Source: Octopus bimaculoides
Taxonomy: Eukaryota
NCBI RefSeq assembly: GCF_001194135.2
Contig: NC_068986.1
Span: forward strand, 96,930,761-96,973,689
Reading direction: 5' to 3'
Length of the DNA stretch: 42,929 bases
Numbering within the stretch: position 1 is the first letter of the stretch; each line of letters begins with the position of its first letter. The notes under the pieces were generated by a model, which made no database searches, was not told the origin of the DNA, and saw only the letters and a list, made by a program, of their open reading frames with translations. This document shows, in pieces, positions 12,198 to 24,319 of this stretch. A program made the position numbers and the translations under genes.

Positions 12198-12624
12198 CAC
12201 ACACACACACACACANNNNNNNNNNNNNNNNNNNNNNNNNNNNNNNNNNNNNNNNNNNNNNNNNNNNNNNNNNNNNNNNNNNNNNNNNNNNNNNNNNNNN
12301 NNNNNNNNNNNNNNNNNNNNNNNNNNNNNNNNNNNNNNNNNNNNNNNNNNNNNNNNNNNNNNNNNNNNNNNNNNNNNNNNNNNNNNNNNNNNNNNNNNNN
12401 NNNNNNNNNNNNNNNNNNNNNNNNNNNNNNNNNNNNNNNNNNNNNNNNNNNNNNNNNNNNNNNNNNNNNNNNNNNNNNNNNNNNNNNNNNNNNNNNNNNN
12501 NNNNNNNNNNNNNNNNNNNNNNNNNNNNNNNNNNNNNNNNNNNNNNNNNNNNNNNNNNNNNNNNNNNNNNNNNNNNNNNNNNNNNNNNNNNNNNNNNNNN
12601 NNNNNNNNCATACATATATATATA

Positions 12625-12790
12625 CACAACAGGCTTCTTTCAGTTTCGAACTAGCAAATCCACTCGCAAGGCTTTGGTCGGCTAGAGGCTATAGAAGAAG
12701 ACACTTAACTAAAGTGCTGCGCAGTGGGAATGAACCCGGAATCATGTACTTCTGAAGCGAACTTCTAACTACAGAAGCCACTCCTGCGCG
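12625..12790 (-). mobile_element. SINE family A, 5' half
   Basis: ggcttctttcagtttc..aaatccactc.caaggctttggtcggc..gccactcctgcg is the reverse complement of the head and body. Confidence 0.8.
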
Positions 12791-13283
12791 TTTATACGCA
12801 CACACACATGTTTATACGCACACACATTACACACACATCACATTACACCAGTTGAGTACGAGACACAACGATACAACATGCTTTTTAATTATTGAAACAA
12901 ATCCGACGCCAATGAGCAGAAAAAGCGAACGCCTGGTGATAATAAATAGAAAACAGTCACAGAAACAGCAGCATTCCCCGTGTTGATTCCTTGGGAAAAC
13001 GGTGATAGAAATGCGTTAGTAATATCATCTTATCCAGATATATTACCAAGACACTCTTGAAATGTCAATGAACTTAGACATACTGGCTGAAATAAGATAT
13101 ATTAACAATTCATTAATATATAGAATGAAGTGTAGATAGTTGTGTGCGATTTTATGTTATATATTTAAATAAAGTTGTTAAACTGACAAACGCGCTCGCG
13201 CTCACACACAGACACACACACAGACACACACACACGAACACACACATATATGTATAAATGCATGTATGTATGTGCATACATGT

Positions 13284-13577
13284 GGAGGTGCAATGGCCCA
13301 GTGGTTAGGGCAGCGGACTCGCGGTCATAGGATCGCGGTTTCGATTCCCAGACCGGGCGTTGTGAGTGTTTATTGAGCGAAAACAACTAAAGCTCGACGA
13401 GGCTCCGGCAGGGGATGGTGGTGAACCCTGCTGTACTCTTTCACCACAACTTTCTCTTACTTCCTGTTTCTGTTGTGCCTGTAATTCAAAAGGTCAGCCT
13501 TGTCACACTGTGTCACGCTGAATATCCCCGAGAACTACGTTAAGGGTACACGTGTCTGTGGAGTGCTCAGCCACTTG
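13284..13577 (+). mobile_element. tRNA-derived SINE family B (OR-like), running into gap
   Basis: tRNA-like head TGGCCCAGTGGTTAGGGCAGCGGACTCGCGG..GGTTTCGATTCCC. The body is the reverse complement of 40389-40751. Confidence 0.85.
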
Positions 13578-13963
13578 NNNNNNNNNNNNNNNNNNNNNNN
13601 NNNNNNNNNNNNNNNNNNNNNNNNNNNNNNNNNNNNNNNNNNNNNNNNNNNNNNNNNNNNNNNNNNNNNNNNNNNNNNNNNNNNNNNNNNNNNNNNNNNN
13701 NNNNNNNNNNNNNNNNNNNNNNNNNNNNNNNNNNNNNNNNNNNNNNNNNNNNNNNNNNNNNNNNNNNNNNNNNNNNNNNNNNNNNNNNNNNNNNNNNNNN
13801 NNNNNNNNNNNNNNNNNNNNNNNNNNNNNNNNNNNNNNNNNNNNNNNNNNNNNNNNNNNNNNNNNNNNNNNNNNNNNNNNNNNNNNNNNNNNNNNNNNNN
13901 NNNNNNNNNNNNNNNNNNNNNNNNNNNNNNNNNNNNNNNNNNNNNNNNNNNNNNNNNNNNNNN

Positions 13964-14036
<73 letters not shown>

Positions 14037-14220
14037 CACAAGTTGCGGTGAATAAATTGTCGTCTAAAATTAAGCAAAAATGAAAATAACACTGACATCT
14101 TATTTTAACAGATATATCTACCAACATTACATAGAAAATATCTTAAAATACTAAAAAATAAATTCATTCAATAAAATTGACATTGGTTTCAACAACAGCC
14201 TCCAGACGACTTTGGAGTCT
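14037..14220 (-). mobile_element. 3' terminal fragment of the same maT-type family, including a degenerate right TIR
   Basis: Minus strand encodes ..LQSRLEAVVETNVNFIE*, and the 3' UTR matches 6797-6915. The end ta|cacaagttgcggtgaataaattgtc resembles the left TIR at 6112. Confidence 0.8.
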
Positions 14221-14666
14221 CACGCACACATACACACGCATACCAATATGCGCACACATGCATGCATAGAAAACAAAATAATTTATGAAGTAACTTTCCA
14301 GTTTTGCATTTTTTCTGTGTTCTGAGATCTTTCTAACTAAAAGGATCAGTAAAAGGTGGCTTGGAATATAATATCCAAATAACACAGACACAGACACAGG
14401 CACAGACACACACGAACACACACACACGCACACACATGTAATAACAATTTATAAATACTCTATACATGGAGGAGAGTAGTATTAAAAAATAGTAATTCTT
14501 ACAGCATGGTTTCCTTCAGTATTCAATTTGCAAAAGGGTCTCGACGATTTGACAAATTCTTTGAAGAAATTAACAGGCAATGATTCAGAGTCTGTAAGGC
14601 ACATGTGCGTCTGTAAGAAATCTTCAATAATGACCATATGAGTTATTGACTGCTAATCCATGCAAG

Positions 14667-14778
<112 letters not shown>

Positions 14779-15648
14779 GAAAAATTATCCAGGAGATTTA
14801 CATACCTATTCTATCACCAACACTGCATTATTATTGTGCACCCCCTCTACAAAATACCAAACTACACGAGCTCTAAGCTACCCATTTTCTTTAAATGAAA
14901 ATACCTCTATGGGATCTCTTCCCCTACTAGATGTAGCACTCTAATTTTCCTCAAATCACACTCTAATCTTTTAAAAAGCTGATCAGATAGGAAAACTTAG
15001 TAAACGATACCAAATATCGGCTACTATTATATGCCAAATGTAATTCCGTACATAAACGCTAAAGATGGAGTTCAAAATAGTTACCCAACCTGCTGAAAAG
15101 AGTAAAAAATCTAACTGAGATTACGCTGTTTAGTCATACTCCGACGGATCCAATTCTCTGGAATTGCTCTCTCTCTCTCATATTTTTCTCTATGTTCAAC
15201 CTGAACTCCAACCACATCAATCTCACTGCAGGAACAACAACGACTTTTTACTCAATGATTGTCCGGAACCTATAACAATCTGCATATATTACAAGCAGGG
15301 ACTTCAAATTCCCGTGGCCGCCTCACTAGTCTACTTAGTGCCTTACACAGACTAGTACCTTGTACAGTACACTAATGACAAACTTATATAATTCATACTA
15401 TTGTACAGATACCTGTTTTTCATTTAGTTATTTATATATACATATATACATACATGCGTATAGGCATGCACACATGCATACGCATGTACACAGATGCATA
15501 CGCGCACACATGTACACGCACATATATACATACATACACACATACATACATATATACATACATACATACATACATACATACATACATACATACACACGTA
15601 CGTATATATCATGAACTAACTGTTACTTTCTCAGATGCAGCACAGAAT

Positions 15649-15699
15649 TTTGTCAGTGAACAGGTCGCGGTCTCAATGCGACGAAAATATTCTGACAAA
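15649..15699 (+). ncRNA. Hammerhead-like architecture with mutated core
   Basis: TTTGTCA gtgaaca g GTCGC..GCGAC GAAA ATAT TC TGACAAA: perfect helices I (7 bp) and II (5 bp), with core GTGAACA instead of CTGAnGA. Confidence 0.45.
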
Positions 15700-16270
15700 T
15701 TAAATTTAAATGTTGAAGTGAATCTAACGGATTTTGAGTGTTATTTTAAATGGCTTATAAACACCTTCCACGCTGCAATTGTTTTCGTTCCAGCACACGA
15801 TCTCAGATCAGGTCACTTGCTATGCAAGTACATCTCCGTAATATTTACTTAATTTAGGATCTAAAGAATAAAACGTTTAGAATGGTATAACAATGCACTA
15901 TAGAACAAAAAATGGACTATATACCTGTTGTAATTTGGTTATCTATAGTCCGATGATATTTCGGAATTACAATTCCTTCTTCAGATCTTATCTGCTGGAG
16001 TCTCTGCTATAAACTGTTTTCCAACGGTTTTCCTTTTTTCGGAAGCGTCTCAGTAGTGGATGTATTTAGGATGTATTGACCAACGTGACCAACGTGACCA
16101 TATTTGTTTCGGGAAAAATCAGTAATATGGAAAGGTTTTGGAAGCAAAGGATCTGGAAAATCGATGTTGCCCCTGTAGTCTCATAGGATTTGGGTTTATC
16201 AATGCCACGGTTACTTTCTGTCGATTAACAACGTAAAACAGTGCCAAAGCAAACATAACAATCAATGTAC

Positions 16271-16592
16271 TGGCACTCCGTCGGTTGCGGCGACGAGAGT
16301 TCCAATTGATCCGATCAACGGAACAGCCTGCTCGTGAAATTAAGAGCAACTGACTGAGCGCTCCATAGACACGCATACCCTTAACATAGTTCCCAGGAAG
16401 ATTCAGTGAGACACAGAATGTGACAAGGCTGACGCTTTGAAATACAGGTACAATTCATTTTTGCCAACCGAGTGGACAAGTGCAGCGTGAAATAAAGTGT
16501 CTTGTTCAAGGACACAATACGCCACCGGTTTCGAACACACGACCTGGCAATCGTAAGCCGAATACCTTACATTCTAAGACACACGCCTTCAC
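16271..16592 (-). mobile_element. SINE family B' (same 3' tail as family B, different tRNA-like head and central domain)
   Basis: 16271-16455 matches 40400-40575. The head on minus reads gtgaaggcgtgtg.cttag..gtaaggtattcggcttacgat..ggtcgtgtgttcgaaaccgg, followed by ttgtgtccttgaacaagacactttatttcac. Confidence 0.8.
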
Positions 16593-16977
16593 TTAAACAA
16601 ACAATCATGCAACTAATCAGATAATCAGACTATCTTTAATAAACATAAGGCAAAACATTCGAAAACTCCACTAAGGAGATTATTTATGTTGTGCTCTATC
16701 ATTTCCAATTTAAATTTAAAGGGAAAAATAAATTATTCGTGGAAGGAGAGGAAAATAATAAAGAAATTAATCCATACATTTTCAAAATGTTTCACATGGT
16801 ATTTATTTTACATTTCTGACAGTTAACATCAAAAGCCAGAGCATTGGCTAAAATGGATGCAAAATTGTTAATCCTATTATTTTAGAAATAAAAGAGTGGG
16901 TGTGGATTTTGCAAGTTTTCACAGGTTGAGAGGTGCATAACGTACATCGCGGCATTGAATTACATTAACTTCTTCAA

Positions 16978-17057
16978 CTCCTCCTCGTCCCCGTCCTCCT
17001 CCTCGTCCTCGTCATCGTCCTCGTCCTCGTCATCGTCCTCGTCCTCCTCCTCCTCGC
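16978..17057. repeat. (TCC/TCG/TCA) trinucleotide mosaic
   Basis: Direct reading; would read as poly-Asp/Glu on minus. Confidence 0.9.
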
Positions 17058-17406
17058 TGCCTCTGTCCTTCTTTCTCAAAATTGGTTACACTGTACTGTG
17101 AGAAGTTTGTGGAAGTCCACACTCAGCGTCTGCGATGGCACATACGATGGAAGACCCTACTGACATAATTAAAAGAAAATCTCCAGAGAGCTCGGATAAG
17201 CCATCCATACACCGAATGTTGGTGGTCACAATGATGATGATGACAGGTGGCAGTATAACTGACAGTACTCCTTCCACTCAAATGTGAGCTCTTATTTCTA
17301 TATTAGAATCCATTACACATACACACACGCGCGCACGCGCACACGCACACACTCACGCACTCATATTTATGAATGTATATATGTGTATGTATATGTATAT
17401 TTGTAT

Positions 17407-17443
<37 letters not shown>

Positions 17444-18012
17444 CAATATATGAGTATATGCATATATATGTACATGTATGTATATACGTTCATCCACATG
17501 TACATATAGATACATAACTGGGTACATGACGTGGCAAAAGAACAAGGACAAAAATGGTAAACAAGGTGCAACAAACAAGCAGGCCACATAGAAACATCCC
17601 CTTCATCAGCTGCCACCATTAAAACTCCGGCGTTTCGAAGAATTAAGGCAGTACGCATCGTTAANNNNNNNNNNNNNNNNNNNNNNNNNNNNNNNNNNNN
17701 NNNNNNNNNNNNNNNNNNNNNNNNNNNNNNNNNNNNNNNNNNNNNNNNNNNNNNNNNNNNNNNNNNNNNNNNNNNNNNNNNNNNNNNNNNNNNNNNNNNN
17801 NNNNNNNNNNNNNNNNNNNNNNNNNNNNNNNNNNNNNNNNNNNNNNNNNNNNNNNNNNNNNNNNNNNNNNNNNNNNNNNNNNNNNNNNNNNNNNNNNNNN
17901 NNNNNNNNNNNNNNNNNNNNNNNNNNNNNNNNNNNNNNNNNNNNNNNNNNNNNNNNNNNNNNNNNNNNNNNNNNNNNNNNNNNNNNNNNNNNNNNNNNNN
18001 NNNNNNNNNNNN

Positions 18013-18054
<42 letters not shown>

Positions 18055-18408
18055 TTTGTAGAAAAACATAGATCTGGAGAAGGACGCTCTAAGATGTAGA
18101 GTAGTTAATATAATATAATCGGCCACTCACACAATCTATTCTATATTTGTGAAAAGGGCGGACGTTGTCTCACGTGCAGCTGTGCAGGCAAAAGTACTAG
18201 AAAACGTCGTCGGATTGAGCTGAAAATTTGCACGTCTGTGGGAAACGTGCGGGCGAGTATGCATGGCATATTTCAGTTTGCTCCATTGAAAGGCGTGGTC
18301 GCTAGGGCAAAATGTATCTTCATTTGTGGTAATCCGGGCAACACCAGGAACATTGTCTACAAAGAAACTCTGCAGTAACACTTATGAACCTACCGCCATT
18401 ACTCTCCC

Positions 18409-18589
18409 GTCGCTGGAGTCATTGTAACTTTCTCAATTTTTTAGCCCAACTGCATCCACCTTCTTCATGTCGCTGGAGTCATTGTCAGTTTATCAATTTT
18501 TTAGCCCTCACCTTCTTCACGTCACTGGCCACTTCTGCAACCTGACCACCTCTGCAACCTGACTACCTCTGCAACCTGACCACCTCTGC
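18409..18589. repeat. Compound minisatellite: ~60-bp unit x2+ followed by 17-bp unit x3.6
   Basis: gtcgctggagtcattgt..tcaattttttagccc at 18409 and 18469; ccacctctgcaacctga at 18529, 18546 and 18563, partial at 18580. Confidence 0.9.
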
Positions 18590-19349
18590 CAGTCAAACTC
18601 ACAACCAATGGGTTCACATCGCGATACTGATTCCACAAAATTAGGTTGGGTGTGACTACATATTGNNNNNNNNNNNNNNNNNNNNNNNNNNNNNNNNNNN
18701 NNNNNNNNNNNNNNNNNNNNNNNNNNNNNNNNNNNNNNNNNNNNNNNNNNNNNNNNNNNNNNNNNNNNNNNNNNNNNNNNNNNNNNNNNNNNNNNNNNNN
18801 NNNNNNNNNNNNNNNNNNNNNNNNNNNNNNNNNNNNNNNNNNNNNNNNNNNNNNNNNNNNNNNNNNNNNNNNNNNNNNNNNNNNNNNNNNNNNNNNNNNN
18901 NNNNNNNNNNNNNNNNNNNNNNNNNNNNNNNNNNNNNNNNNNNNNNNNNNNNNNNNNNNNNNNNNNNNNNNNNNNNNNNAATAACGACGTTTGACAACTT
19001 CCACACTCTCTATTTCCCTCTCACTCTTCGCTGTCTCTCTGTCACTCTTCCTCCCCGCCCCTCTCTCTGTAATCCGTCTGTATCTATAGAGAGAAAGCGT
19101 TGACAGCCGCAAGGTTTCCTCTACGTGGCAATTAATGTCCTAGAAATAACAGCCAAATCAAGTGTATTAAAATATACATATGTACATACATGCATAAAAA
19201 CATACATACATAATACATACATGTATACATCCATACATACATACATACAAAGAACAAAACTGTGTTTAATGGAGAGGAATAAAATAGTAAATAATTATAT
19301 TGTTTCGAAATTACATTTCACTCACTTGAAGTTTAAATATTCTCGTACC

Positions 19350-19481
19350 CGGTTCGGAAAAGACACCGATAGAAAAAGTACTAGGCTTACGAAGAATAAG
19401 TCCTGGAGTCAATTTGTTCGACTAAAGGCGTTGCTCCAGCATGACCACAATCAAATGACTGAAACAAGTAAACGAATAAAA

Positions 19482-19485
<4 letters not shown>
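19350..19485 (+). mobile_element. SINE family A, 3' tail only
   Basis: cggttcgg.aaaga.accgataga..aagtactaggctta..aagaataagtcctgg..aaatgactgaaacaagtaaa. Confidence 0.8.
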
Positions 19486-19525
<40 letters not shown>

Positions 19526-20853
19526 ACGATATTATTTCTAAAAATAATAACGTTAGTGTTCGAGAGCGTAAAAGCCGTATAGGCAAATTATTAATTATAT
19601 ATAAGATATATATATCTATATATATATTTACTCAGTAAAGCTGTTATAAAAGATTCACCTTCTTGATACGGCTAGAATAATCAGGATGGTATTAGATAGT
19701 TGAAAAGAACACATAGCGTGGTACCATAGACTGCAAGTATCAAGCGCATGCAAGAACCCCAGAAGTTAAAAAAAATTAAAAGAATAAGAATAATAAAAAA
19801 ATTTGTAATATCGAAGAAATATTCTTGAATATATAACGAAGTAAAAAATGAGGAATTATTCTTAAATCAATTACTGAAGAAGAGTCGAATGCAGAAATGG
19901 AAAAGTATTTTTGGATATAATACTGAAGGGGAGACAAATGATATCTCAATTTTGTACTGCATGACCGATACATTTCTCATAAAAGTTGTTTGTTGATTGG
20001 GTATCTAGTTTTTTATATTTACAAGGGTCAGGTGGTCTGTTGAATTTTGGGTTCAGGTAGTGTGAAAGTTTTTCTGTTTTTACTTTTTTCTCACTTTATG
20101 TAAACATTTTCTCAAATAAATTAACAAAGGGGGAGATAATTGATAACCTCTCTGTTGTGTACTCTATAACCACAGACAAATATTTACACGAAAATGCACC
20201 ATAGATATACACAGTAATATTGATTAAGGAAGCAAGCAGAAACAGACTTTTGATTACATTGCAAATAATCTTTTGATCTTGTCGATAATGTTGTTATTGT
20301 TGCTGTTGTTCTTTTCGGCATTTTCAAAGTCATTTCGCTATGTTGACAGCAGAGTCAAATGATATAACATTTAGAGGAATAGAAAAAAGAAAAGGACTTA
20401 AAAGCAGCTGACCTGAAAAATGCTCGCCTCGATACAATTTTGATGTACTGGAATAATAATAATCAATTCTTTATTTGCTTCAAAGGCGAGAAGATATTAC
20501 AAGGACAAATCACAAAATCAGAGACGCTGGTGATGGTGGAGACATATAAAATAGAATATGAGAAAAGAGGCATGAAATATCTGAGTTCAACCTCTGCTTT
20601 CCTCATACCATATACTATGTCCTATCCTTCTTCCTCAGAATATCAAAGAGACCAGCTGCGGAAAAACTGAGTCTAACAAACAACAACCACACCTGCTCTC
20701 CGTTAAGGAAGTACTGGAGAAGTCGCAACCTCAGTGCATGTCTGCGCATCATTAGCTAATGCATGCCCAGTCCCCCACGCTGCAGATATTGACGCAGCAA
20801 ATGGACGTCTGACCAGCGAAATCCATCCCCTCCACAGAAAGTAGAAGAGTAAG

Positions 20854-20980
20854 CGAGGTTGATTTTGCCTTTCATACTTTCAGGGTCAATAAATTAAGTA
20901 CCAGTTGCGTACTGGGGGCGATCTACTCGACTGGTCCCCTCCCCCCAAATTTCGGGCCTTGTGCCCAGAATAGAAAAAAA
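20854..20980 (+). mobile_element. SINE family C, 3' part
   Basis: cgaggt.ga.tttgcctttcat.ctttc.gggtc.ataaattaagtaccagttg..ctgggg.cgat..aaatttcgggccttgtgcc. Confidence 0.8.
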
Positions 20981-21009
20981 CTATTCGCTACTCTGCTCAT
21001 CACCACGTC

Positions 21010-21290
21010 ATAGTGCTTGTCTAACTGGAGACCTCGATTAAAGCAGACCCCGAGCAATTTAATCAGTTCGTTCATGATTCCAGTGCTTCACGGCGCTGTC
21101 GAGCAGCCTGGATTTGCCTTTTCAGCTGAGTTACAGGCCTCATCGACTTTTCTTGATTACTTTTTGCTCCTGCCACCGCTTCGAACTTCCAGGAGCAGTA
21201 CTTATCACCTCAACGTGTTTGAGCATCCTCAATATATCTGAGACATTATTTCGCTGACATCATTTGCGTATTGCAAATGTTCACACTGGC
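21010..21290 (-). pseudogene. Decayed non-LTR reverse transcriptase fragment (Tx1/L1-like)
   Basis: Across frameshifts the minus strand gives YANDVSEIMS (YADD motif, 21259-21270), KFEAVAGAKSNQEKS, GKSRLLDSAVKHWN and IKLLGVCFNRGLQLDKH. The clade call rests on recall of Tx1-like RT motifs. Confidence 0.6.
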
Positions 21291-21595
21291 TGGCAATCTG
21301 CTACCAGAGGTTACAAGTCCTATCAACAAACGGATTCAGTTTTCCTCACAAAAAATGACAAATAGTACAAATAAAAACCGCATTATTCAGCCTGATCTTA
21401 AAAAGAGAATGCTTCCTTTGATTTCATGCACAAAAAGTGCGGAAAATGGATAGTGTAAAACTTTACTGAAACGGATAAATCGGTACCCGTCGAAAACGAT
21501 AATCTACATCAAGAAAGAGACTTATGAGATGAATACATTTCTATATTAAATACATATTATATTTCTCATACCCACAAAATGAAATAACGATATTA

Positions 21596-22828
21596 TCTAG
21601 TATATATAAATCACAGTATATGTGTGTATATTGACTAATGCATACATTCCCACAATTCTCAACCGATTTTCACCAAACTTTACACACACATTACTTATGT
21701 TCCTACGATGGTCATACACTATAACGTTTTGACCAGAGCTCCCGCGTAAATGGACAAACCGGAAAAAACGGTGGTCTATACGGGTTTTTCTCTAATTCGT
21801 TGTATGTACATAATTTTTGTATGTAGGGTTTTCCATACTTTTTTAATCTATATGGTCGTATATTGGCATTAGAGAATATTTGTTAGTCGTTTTCACGTTT
21901 GTTGATTTATTATCTATTTATATGTTGTAATTGTGTCTTATTACTTGGTTAGAGAATATTATAAAAGTGAAAGGGTTTTGTCTATTTATTTAGGCTGTCC
22001 ACCTGCGACGGTAATTAAATTGACTAGGATCACTGTGCGCGATGAATACCCAATACCAAACAATCTTAATCTTCATATTTAAACTGCATTAAACTTTGGC
22101 AAGCTTACCTGTACCTATTCTGAGTTACTTGAAAGGTGATGTTCCCTTCCCGCTCTTCTATTTGTTGACACCTTTGTTTACCTACCAATGCGTTGTTTCA
22201 CTTTAAGGATGCTTTTTTACCCATCCATTATGATATTTCGAACGCGACATCTTTTCACTGCGAACTGCTAAAGATTCAAAGCAGTATTCGAGTCAAACTC
22301 TTCATGTTTTCAATTTTCGTTACCTGAAGTCAATATCAGAGTGGTCGTGTACTGTAAGCACGTAGAAAATACATTCTTTTAACTCTACTTTTTCAAGTAG
22401 GCTTTATATTGCCATTTTTGAATGTACCAATCATACTTCTTTCCGAAAAAATAGCTACCTTTGCTGTTGAAAAAAATAAACTTCCAGATGGGTAGTTTCA
22501 ACGTCTTCCTTCAATTTCTTTACACCGTTTATGTCGCTGTTTCTGACAAGAAATTTCGCTTTCATGTAAAAAAAACTATATTTTGTAGTCATTATCCGTA
22601 ATCTACTCCCAAAACACTTCAGTAGCTCTACTTTGCATCGCTTGTTCTCTGATCATTAAAGTGCAACGACCTCCACAATAACCAGCCTTCAATTTGGTTT
22701 TCTGTTCCTAGGTTAATCGGAAACATAGATTGCCGTGCTACTTATAAACCATCTCGGTAGTTTAGTTATTTGGTGAAAAAATACACCAAAGCAACATAAA
22801 CTGTTCAAAGGACGGGTGCGTTTGCTAG
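21596..22828 (+). mobile_element. Putative non-autonomous Helitron
   Basis: 5' A|TCTAGTATATATAAAT.. followed by accgattttcaccaaacttt. 3' ..ggacgggtgcgtttgCTAG|T with only a weak hairpin. No TSD, consistent with an A/T insertion site. Confidence 0.5.
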
Positions 22829-22899
22829 TTTAGTATAGAATTTGGAGACAAAATAACCTTAATCTAAAAATTACTTTGTATTCCAAAACACTTGCGAAT

Positions 22900-24270
22900 T
22901 TGAAATAGCACGTCTCAATGCGGAATGATATGAAACGTAGATATAGAACACTTTAAGAAAGGGAACACAAAAATACAAATCACGAAAAAGAAAAAGAAAG
23001 AAACAAACAAATAACGAGGATAAAAGCACAGAGTAAATAAATCACGTAGAGCTGACACGTGCCAAAAGGTAAGAAAACCACCCCCAAAATAAAAGAAACT
23101 CCAAACAATGTAAACAGTAAAATATGAAATCAATCTACTATAGAATACTGAACAACAGATCACGTAAAAAAAAGAAAGAAACAAGAAAAAGAAATACGAA
23201 CAAATATTGAATAACAGGAAATTTGAGAAATATTTAAGAAAAGAAAATTCTGAAGATAGAAAATCGGAATATGACAATAATTTAATAGGGAAAATACTTG
23301 AGAGTTAAAAACGATTGATCTTTTTATGGACGAACGAAAATAAACCCCAAAGATAAAACTAACGACGAAATAGCTACCTCAATAAAAATGCAAATCTACA
23401 AAGATGTCAATATTGCTAGAATAAACGAAATAATATATGCGAAAATCTCACAAGTTACAAAGAATAGATGGTTCTCCCCTCATATATACTCATTAGATTA
23501 TCAAAATCTAAACAAACAACATCAAAAACACACGGAAAAAATAGGATAAGATAGCAGATATCTCTCTCTTTAATGAATTCAATAAATAACTAAATAACAG
23601 AAATGAGTAAGAGAGAAGAAGTGATAATTACTGCAGAAATTAAAATAGCAAAAATAAATAAATAAGCACAGGAAATCAAAGACAGACTGAAGAAAAGAGA
23701 TCGTCGCCAAATCGCTAACAATCCGTTGATATTAAAAACGACAGCGAATCCTTTGAACAAAACAAACAATTCTACTCCGGCCCCAAACGATTTTATCAAG
23801 AATCAGATAAAGATAAAACAAAAATCAATGCAGAGCCAGCAGCTAAAGAAGTAAAATATTCAGAGAAGAAATACTTATAAACAACGAATGTGGCAACAAC
23901 TATATGATACCCAAAGAAGTTATATACGTCTTGCATGGTTAAACCGCTGCTCTATAGTAAAGGATCTCGCTAGAATCAAGGAGTCAAAAAGAAAGCAAAA
24001 AAGAAAAGAGAAACAAAAAGAAATAATGTCACGTGGAAATATTGGAACGGTACTTTATAATCTAATGGGAAACCCCTTGTAAATTGCTTAAAAAGCAAAT
24101 ACAAATCTGGAAGAGCCCTATGAATATCAATATCAAAGGCAGAATTTCCATCTGAAGTGTACCTGTACAGCTACTCGGGATGAAAAACTGCTCTTTAGGC
24201 ATGCGTTTGTGAAGGAAGATTTTCAAATCCAGCGAATTGAAGCGTTGGCACGGATGGTAATATAAACTAA
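22900..24270 (+). pseudogene. Heavily decayed non-LTR retrotransposon, R4/Dong-like N-terminal region
   Basis: A-rich strand with peptide islands VNIARINEIIYA (23406-23441), IADISLFNEF (23551-23580) and FEQNKQFYSGPKRFYQESDKDKTKINAEPAAKEV (from 23752). These resemble the pre-RT region of R4/Dong-clade ORFs as recalled. No RT core is visible. Confidence 0.5.
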
Positions 24271-24279
24271 TACAAGCAG

Positions 24280-24319
<40 letters not shown>

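Noticed and set aside
13284-13350. tRNA-like sequence with A and B boxes
   Set aside because: It runs into a SINE body repeated at 40389-40751, with no complete cloverleaf or terminator. It is a SINE head, not a tRNA gene; the same applies to the other SINE heads.
17590-17645. GAAAC and CTGATGA boxes on the minus strand (17632-17636 and 17603-17609)
   Set aside because: They are in permuted order, the triplet is GCC (no U), helices I and II do not form convincingly, and the context is lost in the adjacent gap.
18529-18589. Regularly spaced direct repeats (CRISPR-like at first glance)
   Set aside because: The units are contiguous with no unique spacers, the context is eukaryotic, and there are no cas genes.
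20440-20840. 76-aa ORF and downstream sequence as a LINE 3' end
   Set aside because: No diagnostic motif could be confirmed.
22560-22700. NQIEG..WRSL peptide on minus, reminiscent of Merlin/ISXO2 transposases
   Set aside because: It is a single short motif with stops nearby and no other catalytic motifs.
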